A stretch of DNA of 64,000 bases from Spongospora subterranea f. sp. subterranea. Lineage: Eukaryota. The first letter of the stretch is position 1; the number at the start of each line of letters is the position of its first letter. Shown here piece after piece: positions 14,461 through 26,458 of the stretch. The DNA lies in assembly GCA_049724395.1 (NCBI GenBank), contig JAUGWO010000007.1:310001-374000 (forward strand). Reading direction: 5' to 3'. A program made the position numbers and the translations under genes. A model generated the notes under the pieces. The model worked only from the letters and a program-made list of their open reading frames with translations, was not told the origin of the DNA and searched no databases.

Positions 14461-15649
14461 CTTCTTGCGCTCTCTCTTGTCGCTTCGACACTGGAAATTA
14501 GAAGCTGGACTGGCGATCATTGGCTGCTGGAATACCAACAATATCCTTTGAGACAATATTGTGTCTTGCGTTTACCGGATTGCGCCGACTGTAATTAACT
14601 AATTTCATTTGCGAAAGGATCACCAAGAATTGGTCACCATCAACATGCCCAGATCGAGATCGGTCAATAAGAAACGACATCCATGGGTTTTTATGTCCTA
14701 TTCAATGCTGTGATGCTTTCCCCAAATTTAGGGTTGGAAAGCATCAAAGTGTAGTTTTTTCTATGAACAATCAATCGAGTCCGATCTGGCTTATTAATGG
14801 TGATCCTTTCGCAAATAAAGGACATCCATGGTTTTCATTGTCTTTTCAATGCTGTGATGCTTCTCAAATTGTAAAGTTTTTAGCCTTGGCTATCTGGCTG
14901 GGTATTTACAGTATTTACACCCAAGCTGCAACCCCCTGACTTAAATCTTTACTCGATGTGATGGTAGGCTAAACGGTGGATATGCTCTAACAATGTCGCG
15001 GGAGTGCTTCCATCCGGCACAGAATTGAAGCTGTTAAAAAACGTTGCTTTCCGTTTTCCCAACGTTTTTCGACAACCTCAAGTACTGCTCTCAAAAAATC
15101 ATCTTTTACAGGTTTGGAGCAAAAAAGTTCAATATTACTGTCGCATCGTTTTTTCTACTCAACTTTAAAATTTTTTGTCCTCCCTTGCCTGGGCAATCCG
15201 CCGCTTCTCCTTTCTGTTCCCATCGCGGATGCGGCGGTCTTCTCTTGTGCCTCGCGCCGCGCCAACTCCGATTGCTTTACAAAATCGGCAAGTTGCGACA
15301 AAATCTGCCCTTGTTGATCATCATCAGCGTCGTCGTTTGCTGGTTGACCTAAGGTATCTCTTGGGGTGCTTTCTTGTTTTCTAAAACGTCTGTTCATGCT
15401 AGCGTCCATGAGTGTTGCCGCAGATTCGGCGAGCTGTTACTTGGGCGGTTTCATGGTCTGCCTTTTGCTTCAGATCGTTGATCAAGCGAACTGGCAAGCT
15501 TCAGTGACCCTTGTAAACTTCATATTCTACTTATCGCATCGTCAGCCATAGTTGACCACTAACGCGATAGGCATCCGTGTATCTGAAACATTTCTTTGCA
15601 AACCGTCGAATCTGGAACACGGTCATTGCCTGAAGCGCTACGAGCGATG

Positions 15650-15900
15650 TTTTCTAAGTCCTTGAAAGAATATGTACAGGTGCAGCGTTTGTAAGCAGCC
15701 CACTACATTTCAATGAAATCAAACTCGCAATGATATTTAGGGGGGGGGGGGGGGGGTAAAAGACAACCGCAAAACCGTTGTGAGAGTCAATAATCTCCTT
15801 AAACAATTGCTTCTGTTGTTGAAAATCAGACTCCAATTGTTACCCTAAATTTCATTGCGAGTTTAATTTCATCGAAATGTATTAGGCTGTTTGCAAAAGC
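15650..15900. mobile_element. Tc1/IS630-like DDE transposase fragments in both orientations
   Basis: Minus: ESDFQQQKQLFKEII...VVFYP..KYHCEFDFIEM*WAAYKR. Plus from 15841: YPKFHCEFNFIEMY*AVCK. Both match the PKFHCELNxIExxW motif. Confidence 0.75.
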
Positions 15901-16323
15901 GACACCAATAGGAATTGCACATGTTCTAGGACTTGAAATGCATCGTTCCCGTCGCACTTCAGGCAGGGACCATTTTTCAGTTCCCACCTAATAAATTCAA
16001 CAATGCGCCCTTACATACAAACTGGACTCTATCAACGCCACCCCTATAGAAGCTAAGAACACAATCGAGGTGTCACATTGTTTACAAAGACGAAGCTACA
16101 GAATCGATTGACAGATTCGCAACCAACTAATCTGTGGTCGACATGTCAGTGTCTCCCAACTCTTCCAAACCACAAGTGAGGCGTTTAAGATCAAGGTGTC
16201 CGGCCCGACTGCATATCAATGGCTCCCTTGATATTTTGACGACTGTACGTTTCTCGAAGAAGATAATTTTTTTTTCGGGTATCAAGATATGATAAAAATA
16301 AATATATAACGTATATTATGGTG

Positions 16324-17629
16324 TTATACTAACTTCGACTTCAATAGAGTTGCAAAAAAGTGGACATCTTTCAGGGCGAATTCGACGTCCTGTTTTTGAA
16401 CCAAACTGTTGATTCTTCCCCCCTGGAAATTCTTCTTAGGTTTCAGATTGACTAGGCCAGCTACAGCCAAAGACTGTATAACAGAGGTGAAATCTGATGC
16501 TTCCACAACAGGGAGACGTTGCCTTTTTGCTTCTCGTAAATACCAGGCGCGAAATTCACCAACTGACGTCGCAGCGATTTTCCCATCTAGCATCAGGACA
16601 AGCATAGACAGAACAATCTGCTGATGCGATGGTAGAGCCTGGATTCGGTCAACGGATTGCGAATCGAGAGCGGATTTGATAACGCTGGCGACGGTGCTAA
16701 TAACAACTGTCTTTGTTCCAGTTTCTTCTGCAGACATAATGGATTTGCGGCAAAGGTCCTGTATGAACAAATATTAGACGATGAATCGAAAAAAATCTAG
16801 TTAAATTATTTACCAGAAATTTTCTGGCGTCGCCAGCGGATGCGGATGCGATTTTGCGGGCCAGAAGCTCTGCTGCAAACGGATGGAATATTTCCAGGCC
16901 TTTAGACAGTCGGGTGGTTAGAATCTGCAGAAGATCTTGATAGGCATATGGCATGAAAACCAATCTTTCTGGAAAAATGTTGTGCTTCGACAAGCGGGGC
17001 AGATTATGATCTGTCAATTCGGCGGAGTTGGCAATCCCGATCAGAGTTAACCTCGATCGTTCAGCGTGAGCCCATTGGAATATCTGATACAAGACATCCT
17101 GGGAAGTGGTCGTTAAATGGTCGATTTCGTCAATTATGACAAGGTTCATGGCGCCAGGTGCAGTGAAATGTTTGCCAAGGCGTGATATGGCTGTCTGGAC
17201 ATTGGTTGGAGAATTTACTTTGAAGACGTCCATGTAGAGCCGACGATAAAATGATACAGCAGATGGTAGGGACATCGCATTGATGACCGACTTTTTGCAC
17301 GTAAACCCTTGAATGGCAAAGTCTACCGATATGGTCTTCCCTGTCCCTGGTGATCCAGTGATGTATAATGATGAGCCTTGACACGATTTGATGCACTTGG
17401 CCACAAATTCGGTTATCACCTGAATCTCTGATTGTCTGCAAGGAATGTCTTTAGGCGCCACTGTACGTAATCGTTCAATGGCTTGAATATGAGTCCCAAG
17501 CAATGGCTCCTCTTTGGCGGGGCATTTCGGTTTTTTCAAATTTGCATTCCGAGGTTTTCGCTGAACCAAACTCTCAAAGCAATTCGGCTTGAGAGCGGTT
17601 GCCTTGGACAGACGAGTTACACGAACCAT
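16324..17629 (-). CDS. CDC6: Cell division control protein 6 (AAA+ replication licensing ATPase), two exons
   Basis: Walker A LYITGSPGTGKT, Walker B IIDEIDHL, LIGIANS, FMPY...IL, GDARKFL|DLCR, and a C-terminal winged-helix region (LPSHQQIVL). Intron ~16760-16812. Confidence 0.93.
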
Positions 17630-18224
17630 CTAAGCGCGATGAATAAGAAAAGATCCCAACAACAAGGTGCAACTAGCTGGCCAAAATTCAAACTGCGCCC
17701 CGGGTCTCATCAGCAGTGTCAGCAACCCTTGCAGGGTTGGCAACTTGGCGCCAAATCGGTTACCGAAAGTGTATATATGCATGACTATGTCCGAGCGAGA
17801 TGTGAGTCAGGTGACCTACAGTACCATATCCCATGATCCAAGACACGGTCGTAACATCGATTGTTCGAAATTAACGTTAATGGAAAGCACTGGCGATTTG
17901 CCAGCCATTTTTCTCTACGTGGTCAAGGTCGCAACTAATGATTAGAACACGACAATATGGGACAGAGGAAGACCAGAGAACACAGAAGGATTTATATAAG
18001 GCAACCATCATGCCGTTGCATGTGAGCCGCGAGTGACCCCTAAATTCCCTTGAACAAATTTGTCAAGCATCTGGGCCGCCGCGTTTTGTGTCGAATTCCG
18101 GTCGGGGAATCTGCTTGTGATTGCCTCTTATAAATCCTTTTTGTGTTCTCTGGTCTTCCTCGGTCTCCATATTGTCGTGTTCTATTTGGTTATGGGCCCA
18201 GCCCGCCCCTCCTAGTCTCTGCAA

Positions 18225-18366
18225 TCACTCTCTCTAGTCTCTGTTCCCCTCTGCTCTCAGTCTGTTTAGCCCCTGTCTCCCTTTTCACTCACCTTCTTAG
18301 TCCCTGCTCTCCACTATTCTCACTCTCTCTAGTCTCTGTTCCCCTCTGCTCTCAGTCTGTTTAGCC
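18225..18366 (+). repeat. CT-rich leader with a 47-bp direct repeat (18225-18271 and 18320-18366), probably the retroelement 5' UTR
   Basis: TCACTCTCTCTAGTCTCTGTTCCCCTCTGCTCTCAGTCTGTTTAGCC occurs twice, 95 bp apart, just upstream of gag. Confidence 0.8.
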
Positions 18367-18448
18367 ATTGTCTCCCTTTGCACTCCACCGCTCTCTCTCA
18401 TTCTTTACTTTTACCTCCGTCCATCGTCTCTCGAATCCCTCAATCATC

Positions 18449-19500
18449 ATGGATTTCAATGAAGTTCAGCAGTATGTCCAGCAGGCGTTGGCTGCACAGG
18501 CCCAGGCGATGGAAGGGCATATGGATTTCATTGAAGTTCAACAGTATGTCCAGCAGGCGTTGGCCGCACAGGCCCAGGCAATGGAAGGGCATGTCAACGC
18601 CGCCATCGCTCGTGGTTTAGCCGCAGCGTCAGCTCCAGAAGAGCCGATCGTTCATCTTACCTCCATTTTTTTATGGTAATTCGCGACAGCTACGACGCTA
18701 CGAACATGGCTCCGCCAGTTCGAGTCGTATCTATCCCTAAAACCCCTGTCCCATCATAACGACGCCACCCGTGTGGCAGTGATGTGCAGCCGTCTCTCCG
18801 GCCATGCGGCCACATGGTGGTCGACGCGAAAGAGGATTTCCTGACCAGTGTCGAGCTGTTCAAGAAGGCAATCACAAGCAGATTCCCCGACCCGAATTCG
18901 GCACAAAACGCGGCCCAGATTTATCGGTGACGGCGTATACATCCCAGTTCAGGGAAGTACTTGCCGACTCCGGTTGGGGAACCGGAGCCGTCGCGACTCA
19001 TAAGTTCCGCAAGGGACTTAATGATGATATTCAGGACTTGTTGATGACATTCGCTCATACTGACGACCTGCCCGAGCTCGAACGGCAGGCAAATGAATGC
19101 GCAAACCGCATTTAGCTCGGCACGGTTGTCACGTCGGCAACAAGATTCCTCCCGCTCCCATGGACATCGGCTCAATTATCGCTGCTGTTCGCAGGGAGAT
19201 GACCACACACCAATCACGTTCGACCCCGCGCGGACCGCTCATCGCCAAAGACGGTTCGATCATGGCCTATGCCTTTATTGTGGTGGAGCTGGTCACATCG
19301 CAGACTCATGCCCGACAATGGGCCGCCGTAAACGACGGGAGGCGTCGGGAAACGCCCCAGGACGTGGTTGATTATGCCGGTCACCACGCCCTGTTATGTT
19401 GTTCTAATTCAATGTTGCGACTTTAATTGGAGTCCGGTGAGGCCGTGGATTGCCGGATGGGAGGCGTCATTTCGAACGCGAGCAGCAGCGCTTTGAGGCG
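18449..19500 (+). mobile_element. Ty3/gypsy gag relic (retrotransposon gag domain plus CCHC knuckle), frameshifted, pol truncated
   Basis: RLSGHAATWW, SVTAYTSQFREV...FRKGLNDDIQDLL, PAPMDIG, RRFDHGLCLYCGGAGHIADSCP (CX2CX4HX4C). A 72-bp tandem duplication sits at the start (18449-18592). Confidence 0.88.
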
Positions 19501-20481
19501 TGACTTTTCCCAGTTCGCCAAAAATATTCATAATCGTTTCGTTTCGATTCATCTCTGCCGAATAATCCGCCTTCTTCCTTCGTACAATGAGACCAGTGTT
19601 ATTCTGCCATGCCCGTATCGTCTGGTGGATTGTGGATCGAACACAAAGCCCTCGTCAAGGTCCCATTCTTTTGAACTCCCTTTCACAACGACAGAACAGC
19701 GCTTGCCCTCACAGCTTCGCGATCTGTATTGCTTCGCTCTAGAGGCAAAGATATGATCTTTACTAATGCTGCCGTGTAGCAGTGCACGATAAACCCTGAA
19801 AACTGTAAACCGACATGAACCAACCCGTAGTACCTGCCATTGTGAAAAGGTCATGACACAGCATTTATGGTACCCCGGGCTTGCTAGAACAATTTCGTCA
19901 ACGTTCAAAATCCGGATATTCTATTCGAAGATCCCTGCAGCGTTTTATTTTTGGCTTCCGATCACTCTAACAGAGAACCCGCAAACGACAGATCAAGCGG
20001 CTGCGATTGATTGAACTGTTATATATTTTTGGGCGATTGCAAGTAGTAGATCGAACCGAAGATATTCCATGTCGAATCGAGGCCTTTATTGCCCGCTTAA
20101 TTTGATGAAAATGCTATATTGTATAAGTCGATTGTTGAGGCGCGAAAGGGAGAGGATCCAGAGCCGGAGCCCTGGATCCAATTCCGTTATGTGAGTTTTA
20201 TTCGTGTCAAAGCGCCAGCTGATGAAGTTCACAGTTAGAAGGCGATTACAGGAATCATCCCAAGGGCAAACTCATCGAACCACTTTTCGGTGAAGACAAA
20301 TAGGAGTAACAGTGATTCCGGGTTCGGAAATGGCCGCGCGCACCATTTCCGAACAGGTGTCGGTGGACTGAAGTGTGTCGGTACTACTGTGAGTATCGGA
20401 ATGGAAATACACCTCGGCCAGTAGTATCTGACTTGGGACATCCACAGTAGTCAACAAACCATCGACTGGAGTTTGTCGGAA

Positions 20482-21525
20482 ATGGAAATGGATTTCGTCG
20501 AAGAGCAGAATATGGAGATGGAGGCGCTGGAATCTATCTATATGGCAGATTTTGTGCAAACGTCCAGTACCAGCTGTGAAATATATCTACAGCCATTCAC
20601 CGACGATGATAGTAATGGTATCAATTCGAATGAAGACGCGTTTCATTCGTATTGGTGAAACCCGTTCAATGGTTCAGTTGCTGTGACATTGATCGCCGAA
20701 TTTCCTTCCAAATATCCATCGGTAATTCCCTCGATTTCAATCGAAATCAATAGGGGATTGAATGAATATCAACGCCAGCAGCTAGTCTGCTTAGCCCATG
20801 AGACGGTGAGTTTCCTCATCAATAATCCTGACCTTACACTGCTGTTGATCCGTTTTCCTCACCTAGGCTCAGAACAACGTCGGCAGTGCTAGTAAGGCGA
20901 TAATAGCTGTATTCCACTTGAGTTGGTTCGATCTAATGTTATTTGTCCAAAGTGCTATTCTCCGTTGCCGAAGAGTTGAAATCGTGGATGATGGACAATA
21001 ACGTGAAGTTGATGACCGAACATGAACAGATTCTTGAACGGAAGATGCGACGAGAAGACCAGAAACATTCCAGGAATGTTGTTGTATGTGCATTGCTTAA
21101 TTCCGTTTAGCTATTACTCATTCGCCAATGTGGAATTAGCAATCCGATGGAGGCGCCAGTGATGATGATTATTGCAATGTCTCCGAATCTCAGGCCGTTC
21201 AGAACGGCACCATGCTGACGGTCGAGAATTTTAATTTATGGAAGGAGAAGTTTGAGAGAGAAATCAAAGTGGTGTGGGAAGAAGAGGATAAACTTAATAT
21301 GGATCCTGAAGCATCAAAAAGAATGACAGGAAAGTTCTCATTTTCTCTGGCGAAGTTTTTGCCGAAATTTTTGAAATTGCTTGTACAGGGAAGAAATATT
21401 TCGAAACACATGCGTTATCCAGTGTATTTCTTGCAGCTATCGAACAGGAATGTGAACGAGACCAGGGCTTCACGATCAGCTCGGAACTCTACCGAACTGG
21501 TGCTGTTGATGATGACTTGAGTTAA
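20482..21525 (+). CDS. RWDD1: RWD domain-containing protein 1 (RWDD1/Gir2-like), multi-exon
   Basis: EEQNMEMEALESIY, FPSKYPSVIP (YPxxxP of RWD), GSAMLFSVAEELKSW, GTMLTVENFNLWKEKFERE, RMTG|KKYFE and an acidic tail ending DDDLS*. Start is ATG 20482 or 20488. Confidence 0.88.
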
Positions 21526-21551
21526 TAAATTTATTGTGGTTGATACAGATT

Positions 21552-22405
21552 TTATTGAAATCGTTTCGCCAGAGGAGGCTCACATTTCTGTCTTTTGCCA
21601 GATTTCTGAAATTCGGCATTTGCTGAAAACATCTCGTTCTCGCTTAGGATGTCTTCAAAAGCGGCTGCGCTGCTGTTCTTTTCCCGACCTTTCAGATCTG
21701 AGACGACTTTCGTTAAATCGGCCAGCGCCGATTTACTAGACGATAAACCCTATGAAGGATGTGTTAGATTCAGTTTGTATAAAGAAATGCAGGTGGAATC
21801 AACCTGAGAGATTTGACAGACTATTCCGTCTGATTCATTCAATACCCTTTTTATTCGATCTATATCTTGGCGAGAAGGTATTCGGCAATCCGGGACATGA
21901 TGAATTGTGGACAACTCAGTTTCATCGCTGTCCTTTACTACATGGTCAGGGCAAAAGCAACGAGATTCGTATTGGATAACTCGTACCTGATTGGACTTTT
22001 CCAGATAGGTTTGTAGCGATTCAGTGAATGTATTGAGAGCTGACGAGCGCGCTTGTTCCAGCTGGGCCTGTAATTGTTCGGCATGATCCTGTAAAGCTTC
22101 AACACGCTCTTGCAAAGCCGTGTCAATGGGTTCCATTGGAAGTTCCGACTTGGCTATCTCATCTTGAACGATCACGAATTTGTTGATCTGAATATATATT
22201 GCTGAAGCTGTGTTGATTGAACCATCTTGAATGAGATTACCTTATTGTATATGGCTTCCCGTAATGATAATAAAACCGAACGGGCAGATGCGCGCTGATT
22301 ACGTGTGATCAAATGACCCATAAACTGATTCAAGCATTGCTCATCAAAACCTCGAACAATCTGTTGAAGCTGCGAGCGCGTTTTTACTCGCACGTCAACA
22401 GACAT
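21552..22405 (-). CDS. Coiled-coil protein, putative kinetochore MIS12-complex subunit NSL1/Mis14; four exons
   Basis: Clean GT-AG exon chain from MSVDVRVKTRSQLQQ to ...PLAKRFQ*. EPIDTALQERVEALQ resembles the EPFDxxLxxxV motif of Nsl1. The family call is from memory of the motif only. Confidence 0.5.
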
Positions 22406-23204
22406 AGATTAAAAAAACGCGAAATCGAGCGATTATCAGATAAACCCCGTCAAAAGCGACAATCCGTTCCAGCAGATTTCCCGGATCTTTCGTGTTCACT
22501 AGGAAAGAGCGAGTGCAAAAACACGTCAATGACCAATGTGCTGTACAGAATATATGTACACCGATAAAGAGGTTGCGCCTGACACAGTGACCGTAATAGG
22601 TATCGTGGATAAAGGATCAAGGAAGACAGAGACGGTTGCGCCAAACCAGTTGGATAGATGACAGTGACACTGTGTCAACTCAGGGTTGCGCTAGCTGTTC
22701 CGTGATCCGAATTGGTCCAATAATCCAAATTCATTCAACACAGAGCGCGGTCACTTGTTATCTCAGGTATTGTGATCGCGCTTCTCGCCGACAATTTTGT
22801 CACCGCTCTTCGTGGAGATCCTGAATCTTTCGTCGCTTTAATCCACGAAATTGAAAATCACCAAATCAATGTTGCACCATATCATGCTCCATTTTCTGTG
22901 CCACACAGGCGCTTAATTGAATTTAGTCTCCGATTTGATTCAGAAAACAACATAACGGTTGGAATGTTTCTGTTCTGAACTGTCTTTTATCTATGCATTC
23001 TATTATCTTGCATAGATGCGTATAAACAAAAACTTGGTTATTTTCCCGATACAATTTATTTGGCCAGTCAAGATTAGGATGACACCCATTAATATCATGT
23101 GTCAGGTACGATTAAAGGGAACGCTCGCTGACGAGTGCAGCCTGCAATTGCACTGGGAAATTGCTGAATCACAAAATCGCATCCAGGATACGAGGAATGT
23201 TTCC

Positions 23205-24400
23205 AAAAAAGAAGGGCAGAGAGATTCGTTCATCAGCAATCTTATACAAAAGAATTAATTCTAAATTAGGCTATTTCCTGTAGATGTCTGTATTGTTGGT
23301 ATTGCTGCCACATTGCCTGTGCAATTTGATCATGTAGACCATTGTCAGGGAACAATACAGACATCTACAGGAAGTAGCCTAGTTTAGAATAAATTCGTTT
23401 GTATAAGATTGCTGATGAACGCATCTCTCTGCCCTTCTTTCAACGATAAAAATATCGTAGCCTTGAATGGAGCACACAAAGCATCAGCAGCTACTGCAAT
23501 ATGCTCATCCGGTAGATGAGAATATTGCTCCGATAACAAGGTCACAGCTGAGCAGATTGTGGAATTAGGATCCGTCTTCACGGCACTCAGCGTTGATGAT
23601 TTGTGTAGATTTGCCATTTCTTGGCAATTATCAAACCGGCACTGCGTGCTCGTGGCGTTGTCTGCTCACTTTCGCTTGGCCCAGGAACTTCACCACCGGT
23701 TGCCGAGTCACGTTTGACACGTTTTCGAGATTGACGTGGCGGCGAAATACCATCCTCTGAGCAACTGTTATCCGAATTTGAACAGCCTTCAATATCATCA
23801 GCAGTATCGGATGATGATATTGAAGGAACAGAATAACTATCGGCGCCATGGTTTGCATCTGGCGTCGGAAAGAACCCTGGAGGTAATCCACATGCTCGCC
23901 TGTGGAAACAGTGCCTACCAACAGAGCAAACAGATCCTCAAAGAGTGGAAAAGGTTTCCCCCTGAATTTTCTCAAATTCTTATTTTTCTGCATGTCAGCA
24001 AAAGCATACAGTTCACCAAGGAGATATAAACTCAATTTTGTCATTATTTACCTCTATGCAGTCCTCCCAGACAGAATCTGGTGCTGTGGGGGTCTCCAGG
24101 GTTGAATCCCAACCGAAACCTGAGTTGCCTTTCAAAAATTTGAAATCTTTGAGATCTTGTTTCAACTACAAAATATGTGAAATTGGCGTTGCTATGAACA
24201 CCCCATGCCATAGATCGTCTGTACTTGTTAATGAGAGTGTGGAGCTGCGCTCGTCGATAGCGGGCTTTAACGGATCGAATGATGCCCTGATCAAGTGGCT
24301 GGAAATCGCTTGTGGCGTTCGGCGGGAAAACGCCATCACAATGCTGCCGTACTTAAGGGAAGTCTCTTGGGAACCATCAAGGTCTAGCATTTTTGCAGCA
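23205..24400 (-). mobile_element. PIF/Harbinger element remnants: Myb/SANT-like ORF plus transposase C-terminal fragment
   Basis: Minus: LKGNSGFGWDSTLETPTAPDSVWED...KFRGKPFPLFEDLFALL (Myb/SANT-like) and ATIFLSLKEGQRDAFI. Minus 23265-23333 reads HDQIAQAMWQQY, the typical Harbinger transposase C-terminus. Confidence 0.8.
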
Positions 24401-24569
24401 ATTGCAGTTGGCCATTAGGAGGAACCAATTGGATTTCCTCGAGCGGCTTTCTCGATTGATTCTATGGAGCAGTCTCAACATAGGAGAGCCATCTTCCCAC
24501 GCTTTCTTTTGATGGTCGTACATGACACCGAACGTCATGTTGTTGCCGAGATCCCAATCACCATCATCT

Positions 24570-25200
24570 CTACTGTCTCACAGCCGTAACCATGGCCATA
24601 ACCATGACCCCTTTCAACACGCGCGGCTGCTCCGATTTCCGATGACCTGGATTATTATTGTTTTCCCCGCTGCACTGACAATCGGTGTTTAGTTCTTTTG
24701 CTGCGTTTACACACGCCCATCGCTGTTCAGAGTTATGTACGATCGGGTCAAGGTCGTTCGACATTGCAACGCAGACTCGTCAATGTTCCAAATGTTCCGC
24801 AGTTCGACATTATGCAGCATTAACCGGATCTCCTGCACCCGTTTCTCAATCGAGATTGTTTCCGCCGAGCTATGCTCTCGGCGATTCAAATAATTGTTCA
24901 GCCACCCATTTTGAGACAGTGAATTTTAACAGCTGCGATTTCAACGTTGCCTCGATATCGTTATCAAAAGTTTGCAATATTAGGTCCCGGAGCGGAATGG
25001 CCTTTGATTGTAATAATTCGCCAGTAATATTCACTATTGGTGCATCGATTTCTACTCGTCGCTGCCAGTTGTACAACATGCTGGTAATGCGACGCCTTCA
25101 CGTTTTTGGATTTGCCTTGTTTCTCATCGACGGGCTGTCTGATGCTTTCATGCTCTTTGGCCTTCTTTACCACACGACGGTCGTGGCAGTTTGAATTTGA
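24570..25200 (-). mobile_element. pogo/Tigger-like (CENP-B HTH plus DDE_1) transposase pseudogene fragment
   Basis: LYNWQRR...NITGELLQSKA, FTVSKW and NIWNIDESALQCR (first catalytic D motif), broken by frameshifts. Confidence 0.75.
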
Positions 25201-26041
25201 GGGCCGCTTCGCTTTGGGACCTGCCCGTGGCGATGGATTTCAGCACATCCAGTTTGTGGGCGGCGGTGAGATGGGTCCTTTCAACGGTTGGTGCACGAGT
25301 ACGACCCATTGACTATCTATAGTCGGATTGAGTGGCAATCGGTCGACTATTTGACAACGGTTCTCACAGACTCCGGTAATGTCGTCAAAGGGATATGATG
25401 TTCCGGAAACCGATTCTGCAAAATTTGATCATGTTCACGATATTGATGCAACTTTGAAATCGCAGCTGCTGAAATCTATTCCTTAACTGGGTGGCTGGAC
25501 AACTATCGGCGGTGAACGGTTGATTTCTGGGCGGCAGTAAACTGAGGTGACGGATTCCATAACGGCCCATGTGTTCACCGAGGAAAAGAAACACTCCTCG
25601 CAGAGTTAGATCTGGTGACAGGAGGTCTTGTAAATCGAGGGAGAATCTCCCAATGTTGGATCAATTTGGATCCAAATTGAGTCCACACGATCCAAAATGT
25701 CAAATTTTGTGCCAACGTTGGGTTCGTCGATCATGTATTAAGATAGAATCTGACGCCAGCATGCATTGTGGCGTGAGTTCAAAGCATGCGAATCAACCGA
25801 ATTTGAAACCATAAAGCTGTGACCAAGCCTCGGTGCCTTTTCGTTTGGTACGCGCTTGCTTAGATATTGAGACAACCAATTCACTTAACCGATCAGACCA
25901 GATACGTTCAGCGATTCGGTCCGATCGGAAATTTCACATATTTTGCATCAATGTTCAGCGATTTTCTAATAAACCCGGCAATTACTTGAACCTGGGCGAG
26001 TGGTCTATGGTAGTTTGACCATCTCAGTTGTACTCTTACAT

Positions 26042-26458
26042 CTATTTCAACATAGTTTGTAATAAAAAATGTGACACTTCTTTGACGACGAAATCCTCGA
26101 CATCTCCATCAGTATTGTGGACTTGGTCTCTTCGATTAAACTCTAAACGCCTCGGCAGCACGTTATTTGTAGTGACAAAGTTTGGCAAAGGGATGGATTC
26201 TGGGGATGGCGATAAATATACTGATGAAGTGGCCCACCGACTTCGGTCATGCTCTGCTGAGTTTGAGCCACTTTTTCGTCCTTGAGCAGGCGACTGCAAT
26301 GGCGATGGAATTAACAGTTCGGTGTTCTCGTGGACGGACCCAGGCAAAAAAAAAGGTATTAATGGTCTGGCATTTCTTTGATTTACATGTGCGTTAGCAG
26401 AATGCTCATTGATAGGAGACGTCGCCGTTTTGTTTGAACGCTTCTTGGGCTTTGGCAT
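26042..26458 (-). CDS. Hypothetical protein (possible first exon)
   Basis: Open frame MPKPKKRSNK... of ~139 codons, Ser/Pro-rich, no recognisable domain. Confidence 0.25.
   Translation of the reverse strand: MPKPKKRSNKTATSPINEHSANAHVNQRNARPLIPFFLPGSVHENTELLIPSPLQSPAQGRKSGSNSAEHDRSRWATSSVYLSPSPESIPLPNFVTTNNVLPRRLEFNRRDQVHNTDGDVEDFVVKEVSHFLLQTMLK

Noticed and set aside
17860..18200. Candidate LTR and primer-binding site upstream of the gag relic
   Set aside because: No second LTR copy or convincing tRNA-complementary PBS found in the window.
19520..19910. Minus-strand KADYSAEMN motif reminiscent of Tc1-like transposases
   Set aside because: Single short motif in a stop-ridden frame; not supportable without an HMM search.
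25661..25680. Perfect 20-bp palindrome TCAATTTGGATCCAAATTGA
   Set aside because: Isolated, no second copy or context; no function can be supported.
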